NCBI GenBank assembly: GCA_963831685.1
Contig: CAWHRJ010000007.1
Coordinates: 310,952-374,951, forward strand
Reading direction: 5' to 3'
Length of the DNA stretch: 64,000 nucleotides
DNA from: an uncultured Pseudomonadota bacterium
GTDB taxonomy: Bacteria; Myxococcota_A; Polyangia; Fen-1088
Both the position numbers and the translations under genes were made by a program. The first letter of the stretch is position 1. Each line of letters starts with the position of its first letter. Shown here in pieces: positions 21,561 to 30,016 of the stretch. The notes below the pieces were generated by a model that was given only the letters and a program-made list of their open reading frames with translations, was not told the origin of the DNA and searched no databases.

Positions 21561-22175
21561 TTATGCGGCCTTGAAGCGTACCACTCCCTCGTTGAAGCGC
21601 GAGAAGTGAATCGAGAGTTTCATTAGAAAGAGGTAGAAGGCGTATTGGTTCAACCTGAACAAAACGTTCCGCTCGCAACCACGAAAATGCGTCGCCGGGT
21701 GCACATGGACGTCATCAAGAAGGATCATGCTCTCCTTGATGACTGTCGAGTATGCAGGCAAATAGAACATATTCGTAATGCGCTGGTGTCTTACGTCGGC
21801 GAGAGTCGAGGCCACCTGTGCGGTGGTCTTGCCCGCGCTTTGTATGCGAGCTTCAAACTTTGATAACTCGATCAGCGGCGCAAACAAGATGTTGGCCGGG
21901 GCACTAGGGTCGTTTTCCGGATCGACATCGCACGAATTCGAAAGAACGACGCCCGAGACCGTTTGTCGCTGCCCCGTAAAGAAATCGAGAACTACAAAAC
22001 CGCGCCAGCCATCGCCTTGTAGAATCTCATTTTCAAGAGCTGAGTCGAACCAGTAGTAGTCAATGTTCTTAGGGAAGTCGGCCAGGTTCGTCCAGAGTTC
22101 ACGAGCCTGAGGGGGTGTTAGGTACTTGGGAAGGTAGAGCCGGATCGCATCGACGAGTTCTTCGTGGTCGTTCAC
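21561..22175 (-). CDS. Hypothetical protein, putative PemK/MazF-like fold
   Basis: Clean 204-aa ORF in an AT-richer segment; ILQGD...GVVLSNSCD...ILFAPL...FYLP...ILLDD...LFRL pattern. The fold assignment is an inference. Confidence 0.7.
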   Translation of the reverse strand: MNDHEELVDAIRLYLPKYLTPPQARELWTNLADFPKNIDYYWFDSALENEILQGDGWRGFVVLDFFTGQRQTVSGVVLSNSCDVDPENDPSAPANILFAPLIELSKFEARIQSAGKTTAQVASTLADVRHQRITNMFYLPAYSTVIKESMILLDDVHVHPATHFRGCERNVLFRLNQYAFYLFLMKLSIHFSRFNEGVVRFKAA

Positions 22176-22489
22176 GCGTAGAGATCCGATAGGTTTTCGT
22201 AAAGCGCGCGTCGGGTCTCGACATCAATGTCTTTCTGACTGCGAAGTAGTTCGTCGTACACCCTGCTGATCTGCTCCGCGATATCCGCGTCGACGATCTC
22301 AAGTGATTGAAGCGGCGATAGAGTCTCTTCTGTTCCGCTCAACGAAATGTTGACGTCGGTCGGCGTCCCCTCATGGGCTGCATATTGGGCGCAGAGAATG
22401 GCTATGCCGAGGGCCGTCGCGGTGACGATCCTCGAGCCCGAGGTGCCATGCGTGTCGAACCGCTTGAGCTGCTGGTCTGCAATCGTCAT
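22172..22489 (-). CDS. Small hypothetical protein (105 aa), candidate antitoxin/adaptor
   Basis: Overlaps the downstream gene by 4 nt and starts 3 nt after the upstream stop; acidic helical C-terminus LLRSQKDIDVETRRALYENLSDLY. Confidence 0.7.
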   Translation of the reverse strand: MTIADQQLKRFDTHGTSGSRIVTATALGIAILCAQYAAHEGTPTDVNISLSGTEETLSPLQSLEIVDADIAEQISRVYDELLRSQKDIDVETRRALYENLSDLYA

Positions 22490-22492
22490 CTG

Positions 22493-23245
22493 TTACTCCG
22501 GACCTAGGTCCGCCAACGCTGCCTTCGTCAACAGAGAGAAGAACGTTCTTTTGACCGCATCATGGGCTTCGTCGAGTTCGGTCGCGGGCGCTCCGATAAA
22601 CGTCTGAGGCGGAGCCTTTACGACAGCGTCGATATCGACCAACAGCCCCGAGATCTCGACGTTGTGCGGACCCTTCGCCATGGCGTTAGGCGCAATCTGT
22701 AGCTTGCACGTGATGTCGCCCTCGTCTGTTTCGCTGCGCAGAAGAAAGCCACGCTCGTTCGGTACCTTACCCAACAGCTCGACGTGGATATTCAGCAGGG
22801 GAAGCTGCTTTTGGTCGCTCGACACGGGCAAGACGTTGATATAGCGAAAAGAGAACCTCTCAACAGTCTTGATCAATCCCGTCTTTCCTAGGACATCCAG
22901 CACTTCCAGGATCATCGCCCGGAAGGAGTCCCACCCCGGGTAGGCGGTAGTGCTCACCGCTGCGAGGCGGTCGCCCAGTTGAATCGACCCGCCACTAGGA
23001 CCTTGGAGCCGATGCGAGGCCTGGTAGACGAGACCTTCTTGACTTGCTCGGACTGCTCGCGGAACAGCGGCCACCGGCAGCTGTTCCACATCTGGATACT
23101 TGGAGCGGAGAGAAGCGAAGACTAAGCCCGGAAGAACGTCACCGGCGCCCGGGACCACGGGGACGAATCGCACCTCGAAAAGCGCCTCAAGGAGAGGGCT
23201 TTTTCGCAACTTGGCCGGCAGCACCTGCGTCATCGCCACGACCAC
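22493..23245 (-). CDS. TIGR04255-like family protein
   Basis: LRKSPLLEALFEVRF...YPGWDSF...RFSFRYIN...LLVDID...LDEAHDAVKRTFFSLLT matches the TIGR04255 pattern as I recall it. Confidence 0.75.
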   Translation of the reverse strand: MVVAMTQVLPAKLRKSPLLEALFEVRFVPVVPGAGDVLPGLVFASLRSKYPDVEQLPVAAVPRAVRASQEGLVYQASHRLQGPSGGSIQLGDRLAAVSTTAYPGWDSFRAMILEVLDVLGKTGLIKTVERFSFRYINVLPVSSDQKQLPLLNIHVELLGKVPNERGFLLRSETDEGDITCKLQIAPNAMAKGPHNVEISGLLVDIDAVVKAPPQTFIGAPATELDEAHDAVKRTFFSLLTKAALADLGPE

Positions 23246-23373
23246 CTACCCGAGAATCACCCGCTGGGCAAGTGTGGTCAAGGAAACGCGGAGGGGGAGG
23301 GTGTCCGCGGCTGGGCTGGATCGCTCTGTCCGCATAGCTCCTTAATGGTCCTGGCCTGCGAAACGGGACCCCG

Positions 23374-23823
23374 TCAGGCCGGCGGGAACAACTGTTTGAA
23401 GGTGAAGGCGGCGGGGCTCGGCCCCTCGCGATCGAGTTGGGCGAGGCGCGCCTTCGCCTCGTCGATCGAGGGGACGTGGCCGGCGGGGACCCACCAGAGC
23501 GCCAGGTACGCGCCCTCGAACTTGGAGAACCAGCGGTGGCGGCGGCGCATGACCTCGGCGTGGGCGCTGCCGTAGACGTAGGCGCGCAGGTCGTCGACCG
23601 CGTGCCAGACCGACAGGTTGAAGAGGATGCGGTCGTCGTCGTAGGGGCGGAGGTACGTGGCGTCGCCCTGGTCGGTCGCGAGGCGCCAGACGAAACCGGG
23701 GCTGGCGTCGGCCAGCGCGTTGATCTCGGCGATGCGCGCCACGAAGTCGGCCATCTCGGCGCTGTCGAGCGGCGCGTTCATCCGCGCGACGTTCACCTGC
23801 GCCAGGTGCAGGACGGACGACAC
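23374..23823 (-). CDS. DUF3291 domain protein
   Basis: HLAQVNVAR...INALADASPGFVWRL...NLSVW...LWWVPAGHVP...GPSPAAFTF. Confidence 0.88.
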   Translation of the reverse strand: MSSVLHLAQVNVARMNAPLDSAEMADFVARIAEINALADASPGFVWRLATDQGDATYLRPYDDDRILFNLSVWHAVDDLRAYVYGSAHAEVMRRRHRWFSKFEGAYLALWWVPAGHVPSIDEAKARLAQLDREGPSPAAFTFKQLFPPA

Positions 23824-23830
23824 GCGTCGC

Positions 23831-24376
23831 TCAGCCCTCGGCCGCCATCGCGGCGAGCGCGGTGACGGTTTTCCAGTTGCGGGTCGTGGCGCCGACGCCG
23901 AGCGCGCGCTCGAAGACGTTGTTGGAGAGCTTGGTGCGGCCGTAGCCGTCGGGGCAGACGAGGTAGATGGCAGTTCCCAGGCAGCGGAACTCGTCGCGGC
24001 CCGAGGCGACGCTCTCCATCTTCTTCAGGCCCGCGGCGGCCGCCGGGCCGGCCAGGAACGTCACGTGGAGCTTGGTCGGATCGATCCCCTTGGCGCCCGT
24101 GAACGGGTTGGCTTCGACGACGCGCGCCAGCTGGTCGCCGCCCAGCACCAGGACCGGGACGTCGAAACCGAAGTCGCGCTTGATGCGAGCGGCGATCTTG
24201 GAAGCCAGCGGCTCCGCCGTGCGCTCCTTGGCCGCGAAGACGACGTTCCCGCTCTGCACGTAGGTGCGCACGTTCGAAAACCCGAGCGCCTCGAACGACG
24301 CCCGCAGCGCCTCCATCTTGATGATCTTGCTGCCGCTGACGTTGATCCCGCGCAGCATCGCCACGTAGCTGGGCAT
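23831..24376 (-). CDS. DUF1697 domain protein
   Basis: YVAMLRGINVSG...VRTYVQSGNVVF...NPF...TTRNWKTV. Confidence 0.9.
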   Translation of the reverse strand: MPSYVAMLRGINVSGSKIIKMEALRASFEALGFSNVRTYVQSGNVVFAAKERTAEPLASKIAARIKRDFGFDVPVLVLGGDQLARVVEANPFTGAKGIDPTKLHVTFLAGPAAAAGLKKMESVASGRDEFRCLGTAIYLVCPDGYGRTKLSNNVFERALGVGATTRNWKTVTALAAMAAEG

Positions 24377-24384
24377 GATCGTCG

Positions 24385-25713
24385 CTACTTCTTCTTCGCC
24401 GCGTCGCCGAGGCGCGCCTGGCGCGCTGCGATCTCGCGCTCGTCGCCCGAGTCCGACGGCGTGTAGTAGCGGTGGCCGCGGAGCTCATCGGGCAGGTACG
24501 CCTCGCGCACGTAGTGGCCGTCGAAATCGTGCGGGTAGCGGTAGGCCGCGCCCCAGCCGAGCGCCTTGCCCATCCCGCTCGAGGCGTTGCGCAGGTGGGC
24601 CGGCACCGGCAGGCCGCCGTGCGCGTCGACGTCGGCCTTGGCCGCGGCGTAGGTGGTGAGCGCGGTGTTCGACTTGGGGGCCGTCGCCAGGTAGATGGCC
24701 GCCTCGGTCATCGGCAGGATCCCTTCCGGCAACCCCACGAAGCGGAAGGCGTCCAGCGCGGCGGTGGCGACCGACAGCGCGCGCGCGTCGGCGACGCCGA
24801 TGTCCTCGGCCGCGAAGATGACCAGCCGGCGCAGGACGAACAGCGGATCCTCGCCCGCCTCGATCATGCGCGCCATCCAGTAGACGGCGGCGTCGGGATC
24901 GCTGCCGCGCAGGCTCTTGATGAAGGCGCTCACCACGCCGTAGTGCTCGTCGCCCGCCTTGTCGTAGAGGATCGTCTTCTTCTGCGCCGCCTCCTCGACG
25001 ACCGGCGCCGTGATGGTGATCTGTCCGGCGGCGTCGGGCGCCGCCACCGCGGCCGCCGCCTCCAGCGTCGCCAGCGCCCGCCGCGCGTCGCCGCGCGCCT
25101 CGCGCACGATGAGATCGCGCACGTCGCCGGCGACGGAGAGGCCGCGCCCGCCGAGGCCGCGCTCCTTGTCGTCGAGCGCGCGATCGACGACCGTCCGCAG
25201 ATCGGCGTCGGACAGTGCCTGCAGCACGACCACCTTCGCGCGCGAGAGGAGCGCCGCGTTCACCTCGAACGAGGGGTTCTCGGTCGTCGCGCCGACCAGC
25301 ACGATCGTCCCCGCCTCGACGTGCGGCAGGAGCGCGTCCTGCTGGCCCTTGTTGAAGCGGTGGATCTCGTCGACGAACAGCACCGTCCGCTCCCCCTGCT
25401 CGTCTCGCCGGATGGCCGCCTCGGCGACCGCCTCGCGCAGCTCCTTGACCCCCGCCATGACCGCAGAGAGCGGCACGAACCGCGCGTGCGCCTCGGCCGC
25501 CAGCAACCGGCCGAGGGTGGTCTTCCCCGTCCCCGGCGGGCCCCAAAGAATGAGCGACGGCAGCTCGCGCGCCTCGAGCGCGCGGCGCAAGAGCTTCCCC
25601 GGCCCGAGCAGGTGCGCCTGCCCAACCAGCTCGCCGAGCGTGCGCGGCCGCATCCGCTCGGCCAGCGGCTGCCCCCGCCGATCCTTGCTCGCCGCGCGCG
25701 CGAAGAGGTCCAT
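24385..25713 (-). CDS. rarA: Replication-associated recombination protein A (AAA+ ATPase)
   Basis: PLAERMRP, WGPPGTGKTT, FVDEIHRFNKGQQDALLP, GATTENPSFEVN, SAFIKSLRGSDPDAA, EDIG.AD, APKSN. The real start is the internal ATG at 25713. Confidence 0.95.
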   Translation of the reverse strand: MDLFARAASKDRRGQPLAERMRPRTLGELVGQAHLLGPGKLLRRALEARELPSLILWGPPGTGKTTLGRLLAAEAHARFVPLSAVMAGVKELREAVAEAAIRRDEQGERTVLFVDEIHRFNKGQQDALLPHVEAGTIVLVGATTENPSFEVNAALLSRAKVVVLQALSDADLRTVVDRALDDKERGLGGRGLSVAGDVRDLIVREARGDARRALATLEAAAAVAAPDAAGQITITAPVVEEAAQKKTILYDKAGDEHYGVVSAFIKSLRGSDPDAAVYWMARMIEAGEDPLFVLRRLVIFAAEDIGVADARALSVATAALDAFRFVGLPEGILPMTEAAIYLATAPKSNTALTTYAAAKADVDAHGGLPVPAHLRNASSGMGKALGWGAAYRYPHDFDGHYVREAYLPDELRGHRYYTPSDSGDEREIAARQARLGDAAKKK

Positions 25714-25827
25714 CGCGCGGCCGAGTCTAGCGCGAACCGGGCCCCGTCGGCCGGGCGCGGGCGCGCCGGCTGCGGGGAGTGCGTTGCCCGGCTTGCCGGC
25801 GCGGGCGACCCGGGCCAGAGTCGACCT

Positions 25828-26577
25828 GTGGAGCGACCGCGACCGCCCGTCAGCGCGCTCGTCGTCGCTGTCGCTGCGGCCGGGGCGATCGGCTGTGTCG
25901 CCTCCGCGCCGCCGCCCGTCGCCGCCTCGCCCGCCGCGACGCCACCGGGGAACGGCTACGCGCGCGGCTCCATCCTCTCGGCCACGGAGGCCGCCGACGA
26001 GGTGGCCTACTACCGGGAGCGCTCGGCGGCCCTCGCCGCGCCCACCAACGTCGAGATCGCGCGCACCGATTTCGTGCGCCTCCGGCGCGGGCGGCTGTAC
26101 CTGACCGAAGGTCTGCGCAATCACGAGGTCGCCGATCTCCAGCGCCGCCTGACCACGGCGTTCGGCGCGGGCAACGGGCCTGAAGTCCTCGACGTGACTG
26201 GCCAGATCCTGGCGCGGGATCAGGCCGACCTTCGCGCGCACACCCTTCGCAGCGTCACCTTGCGCAGGGCCGGCCAGGTCAGCGCGGCCGACACGCAGCA
26301 CGAGATCGCGATCGGCCTCCTGGAGTCGATCGTCCGGAACGGCGACGGCCTCGGTTTCGCGTCGGCCTGGACCGTGTTCGACGTCAGCGAGGAATACGAG
26401 GTGCTGAAGGCGGAAGGTTGCCTGCCGAGATCGCAGGGCCTCGCGTCGCAAGGGAATCGATCGTTCGACGTCCTCCGGGCCAGGAAGTTCTCCGACGGAA
26501 GCCCGTGCGACTACTACTTCGACATCACCGAGATGATGGCGGTCGTCGCTCGACACTTCCCCGGACACGCGCGCTGA
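25828..26577 (+). CDS. DUF4919-like lipoprotein
   Basis: Lipobox AIGC; LLESIVRNGDG...AWTVFDVSEEYEVL...FDVL...YYFDIT. This is the C-terminal part of ORF 24472..26577. Confidence 0.65.
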   Translation: MERPRPPVSALVVAVAAAGAIGCVASAPPPVAASPAATPPGNGYARGSILSATEAADEVAYYRERSAALAAPTNVEIARTDFVRLRRGRLYLTEGLRNHEVADLQRRLTTAFGAGNGPEVLDVTGQILARDQADLRAHTLRSVTLRRAGQVSAADTQHEIAIGLLESIVRNGDGLGFASAWTVFDVSEEYEVLKAEGCLPRSQGLASQGNRSFDVLRARKFSDGSPCDYYFDITEMMAVVARHFPGHAR

Positions 26578-26601
26578 ACGTCCGTCGGTGGCCGACGCGC
26601 G

Positions 26602-27063
26602 TCAGGGCGTGGCAGCCTCGAGCTTGTGGCAGTTGGCGCAGCTGAAGGCGCCCTTGACGGGCTTCTTGGGATCGAAGACCGGCAGGTCGAGCAGCTTGCC
26701 CATCGCCGGCTCGACCTTCTGGGACATGAACTCCGTCCACTTGGGCCAGGTCGGCTCCTCTTTCAGCTTCGCCTGAAAGGCCTCCGGCGTGTTCGGCAGG
26801 GGGTGGATGCCGTTGCTGGGCATCTTGAACTTGCGGTCGGCGCCGTCCTGGCCGTGGCACGTCGCGCAGTTGAAGGTCTTGAACTTCTTACCGTCGAAGG
26901 TCTGGAAGATCGGCTTCATCGTCGGCGTGACGGCGCCCTTCATGTAGGCCTTCTTCTGCGCGAAGGTCATCTCCTTCCAGGCGACCTCCGGCGGTCCGAG
27001 AGTCTTGGCCGAGGCGAGACGAACAGTGGCGAGGACCACGAGCCATGAGAGATGACGATGCAT
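26602..27063 (-). CDS. Secreted diheme c-type cytochrome
   Basis: Signal peptide plus two CxxCH motifs (CATCH, CANCH) and Met residues in axial-ligand positions. Confidence 0.8.
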   Translation of the reverse strand: MHRHLSWLVVLATVRLASAKTLGPPEVAWKEMTFAQKKAYMKGAVTPTMKPIFQTFDGKKFKTFNCATCHGQDGADRKFKMPSNGIHPLPNTPEAFQAKLKEEPTWPKWTEFMSQKVEPAMGKLLDLPVFDPKKPVKGAFSCANCHKLEAATP

Positions 27064-27189
27064 GACGCCTCGATGCCCCCAAAGCGGCAGAGGTTACGAG
27101 AAAAATGATCGGTTCGCGTGCGCTCGGCAGGAACTTGCTACCATTGTCTGTTCGCTGGGCGTTCGGCGCTGCGGGTCAGTGAGTCCGAC

Positions 27190-28305
27190 ATGATCGATCC
27201 CCAAGAGGCGCTTTCAGACGAGCCCCAGGGCGCCGCCGTTTGCGGCGTCTGCGGCGGCGCGCTGTCCGCCGCACGTTACGTCGACGTCGATACGGACGGT
27301 TGGTCGCTGGTCGTGCTGTGCTCCCCGCCCTGCCTTCGCGTCGTCGTGCGCGGAGGCCGGCGGGCGCGGTGGGCGGCGCGGCGACGTCGGGCGGTGCGGG
27401 CCGCCGCAGCCCTGATCCTGACGGGCGCCTTCGTCACACCGCACGAGGGCCCGCCCTCGCTCCGGCGGGTGGCTCGCGCGGCGCCGACGCCCGAGGCCCC
27501 GCCGCCCGGTCCGCCTCCGTTGCCGCCGGGCTGGTACGGTCCCGAGTGGCCTCCGACGGAGCAGAGCTTCCTGGCGTCGCTGGGGCAGGACGCGTGGATT
27601 CATCCCCTCTCCGGGCCGGTGCGGCGCATGCCGCGCGTCGATTCCCGGGTGTTCGGCGCCGCGCGGCCGGGTGAGCGCCCGGCGGAGTGCCGCAACGGCC
27701 ACTGCGGCGTCGATCTCGGCGGCGAGATCTGGGGCGAGCAGGTCCACGCCGTCCACGAAGGCGTCGTCGACTTCGTGCAGCGAAACGCCAACCCCGATCG
27801 CGGCGGCGAGTTCGTCCGCCTCTCGCACCGGGACGGCACCGTGTTCACGCAGTACTTCCACCTGGCCGCGATCACGGCCGGTCTCGAGCGCGGCATGCAC
27901 GTCAAGGGCGGCGACGTCATCGGACTGCTCGGAGACACCGGCGTGAAGGAGTCGGCGCCGCACCTCCACTTTGCCATCTCGGTGCGGCCGTGGAAGGACG
28001 GGCCGGAGCGGTACCTCGACCCGGAGCCGCTCATCGCGCTGTGGCCGGTGCGCGTTCCCGTCGACGACGGTCAGGCGGGCCTGGTCACCACGCTGGCGCG
28101 CCCGGGGCTGCCGCTCGGCTCGGCGACGCTATCGTCGGCGAAACGCCAGGCGCTCCGGCTGGCCAAGCTGAAACGGGGCGGGCGGCACGCCGCCGCGGCC
28201 GAAGGCGACGACGGCGCGCAGCCGGGCGAGGCGAGCGGCGACGGCGACGCGCCGCCGGCGGAGCGCGGAACCGAGTCCACGCCCCCAGCCACGGGCGACG
28301 AGTAA
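27190..28305 (+). CDS. M23 (LytM) metallopeptidase with N-terminal Zn-finger and TM segment
   Basis: CGVC...CSPPC, hydrophobic segment, HCGVD (HxxxD), YFHL and PHLHF (HxH). Confidence 0.88.
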   Translation: MIDPQEALSDEPQGAAVCGVCGGALSAARYVDVDTDGWSLVVLCSPPCLRVVVRGGRRARWAARRRRAVRAAAALILTGAFVTPHEGPPSLRRVARAAPTPEAPPPGPPPLPPGWYGPEWPPTEQSFLASLGQDAWIHPLSGPVRRMPRVDSRVFGAARPGERPAECRNGHCGVDLGGEIWGEQVHAVHEGVVDFVQRNANPDRGGEFVRLSHRDGTVFTQYFHLAAITAGLERGMHVKGGDVIGLLGDTGVKESAPHLHFAISVRPWKDGPERYLDPEPLIALWPVRVPVDDGQAGLVTTLARPGLPLGSATLSSAKRQALRLAKLKRGGRHAAAAEGDDGAQPGEASGDGDAPPAERGTESTPPATGDE

Positions 28306-28308
28306 GCG

Positions 28309-29220
28309 ATGGCGACCCTCCGCTGTATCGTCTGCACGGCCGCGCTCGGCGACGGCATCGGCGGCGGAGAGCGCTTCGTCCTGGTCCTGGGCGGACGCGA
28401 GGAGGCGCATTGCTCGCAGGTCTGTCTGATGGCGAACGTCGAGCATCGCCGCCGCGCGCGCGCCGCCACGCGCCGGCGATGGCTGCTGCGGGCGACGGCC
28501 GTCGCGCTGATCGCTGTCGGCGCTCCGAGGCTGTGGCACCGGATCCGCCTCCCGCGGGCGCAGACGATCGCCTTCGAATGGCAGGACCTCCGCCCCGCCC
28601 CGGCGCCGCGCCCCGAGCCCCCCATGTACGGCCCGGCATGGCCGCCCACCGACGAGGACTGGCAGTTTGCCTTCGCCAACACCGCCTGGATCTACCCGCT
28701 GCCCGGCCCGGCGCGCCGCGCGCCAACCACGGACGACCGCCTCCTGACAACCCGCTCGTCCGCGCGCCGCCCGGAGCCTGTCTGCCGCGTCCCCGGCAAG
28801 TGCGGCGTCGATCTGGGCGGCGAGCTGTGGGGCGAGCACGTCTACGCCGCGCACGACGGCGTGGTCGACCACGTGCAACACGCGGGCGGCGACGTCTACG
28901 TTCGGCTGGCGCACTTCGGGGGAATGGTGTTCACCCACTACGCCCACCTGGCGGCCGCCCCGCGCGGCATCGTGCGCGGCGCCGCCGTCAGAGCCGGCGA
29001 GCTCATCGGCCTGGTGGGCGACACCGGCGAGCACCCCGGCCGCTACCTCCACTTCGCGCTCTCCATCCACCCCTCGATCGAGCTCCCCGAGATCTACTGG
29101 GACCCGACGGAGTTGATGGCCCGCTGGCCTCTGCGCCTGCCGCCGCACGGCACCGTCGCCGGTTTCGTCCCGTCGGAGTCCGATCTCACGATGCCGACGC
29201 TCCACCGTCGGTCGCGGTGA
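28309..29220 (+). CDS. M23-like paralog with degenerate active site
   Basis: Same architecture (CIVC...CSQVC, TM, YGPxWPPT), but KCGVD and YLHF replace the HxxxD and HxH motifs. Confidence 0.82.
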   Translation: MATLRCIVCTAALGDGIGGGERFVLVLGGREEAHCSQVCLMANVEHRRRARAATRRRWLLRATAVALIAVGAPRLWHRIRLPRAQTIAFEWQDLRPAPAPRPEPPMYGPAWPPTDEDWQFAFANTAWIYPLPGPARRAPTTDDRLLTTRSSARRPEPVCRVPGKCGVDLGGELWGEHVYAAHDGVVDHVQHAGGDVYVRLAHFGGMVFTHYAHLAAAPRGIVRGAAVRAGELIGLVGDTGEHPGRYLHFALSIHPSIELPEIYWDPTELMARWPLRLPPHGTVAGFVPSESDLTMPTLHRRSR

Positions 29221-29287
29221 GAGATTCAAGATCTCTGCAGTTTCGGCCGAAGCAACGGGGTCACGTCTCTCACCCGGGGGTGCATCG

Positions 29288-29995
29288 ATGTTGACGACTG
29301 ATTTGATCCTGCTGCTCGCGATGGCGGTGCCACCGACGCCGGCGGCCTCGACGTTGCATCCGATCGCTTCCGAGATCCGGCTCGCGCAGGCGGGCGGCTG
29401 GCGGGACAATCAGCCGCCTCCGCCGCCCCCTCCCATCGAGCGCGTGCGGCCGCGACGGGGGTGGGTGTGGATTGAAGGAGGGTTTGACTGGAGACGCGGG
29501 AGGTACGTCCCGCGCCGCGGACACTGGGAGCGGGAGCGTCCGGGCCGACAGTGGCACGGAGGCCGCTGGGAATGGCAGGGCGACCACTACGGCTGGATTC
29601 CGGGCGCCTGGAGCGAGGGCCCGGCCTACGTCCCGCCCCCGTCGATGTACGTCGACAACCCGCCCCCGCCGCCGCCCCCGCCTCAGGTCGTGGCGCCTCC
29701 ACCGCCGCCGCGTCGGGGCTTCGTCTGGATCGCGGGCGCGCATGAGTGGCGCGATGGACGGTACGCCTGGACCGAGGGTCACTGGGAACCGGAACGTCAG
29801 GGCGACAACTGGAGGGCCGGCCACTGGGATCGCGACGGCGGGCGGCAGGCGTGGCATCCCGGCGGCTGGGAGCACGGCGACCACGGCGACCACGACCACG
29901 GCGACCACGACCACGGCGACCACGACCACGGCGACCACGACCACGGCGACCACGACCACGGCGACCACGACCGCGGCGACCGGCACGGACAGTAG
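29288..29995 (+). CDS. YXWGXW-repeat protein with His/Asp-rich tail
   Basis: PPPP...GWVWIEGGFDW...YVPRRGHW type repeats and a C-terminal (GDHDH)n tail. Confidence 0.85.
   Translation: MLTTDLILLLAMAVPPTPAASTLHPIASEIRLAQAGGWRDNQPPPPPPPIERVRPRRGWVWIEGGFDWRRGRYVPRRGHWERERPGRQWHGGRWEWQGDHYGWIPGAWSEGPAYVPPPSMYVDNPPPPPPPPQVVAPPPPPRRGFVWIAGAHEWRDGRYAWTEGHWEPERQGDNWRAGHWDRDGGRQAWHPGGWEHGDHGDHDHGDHDHGDHDHGDHDHGDHDHGDHDRGDRHGQ
29873..29980 (+). repeat. Coding 15-bp tandem repeat GGCGACCACGACCAC (5 perfect copies plus variants)
   Basis: Directly visible; perfect copies run from 29885 to 29959. Confidence 0.95.
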
Positions 29996-30016
29996 TCGAG
30001 CTCGGTTGCAGCTCGG

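Noticed and set aside
21280-23370. IS or transposon ends around the AT-richer island
   Set aside because: I could not identify terminal inverted repeats, a target duplication or a transposase by eye.
27125-27140. Sigma54 promoter upstream of the M23 pair
   Set aside because: The GG-to-GC spacing is 9 nt rather than the required 10.
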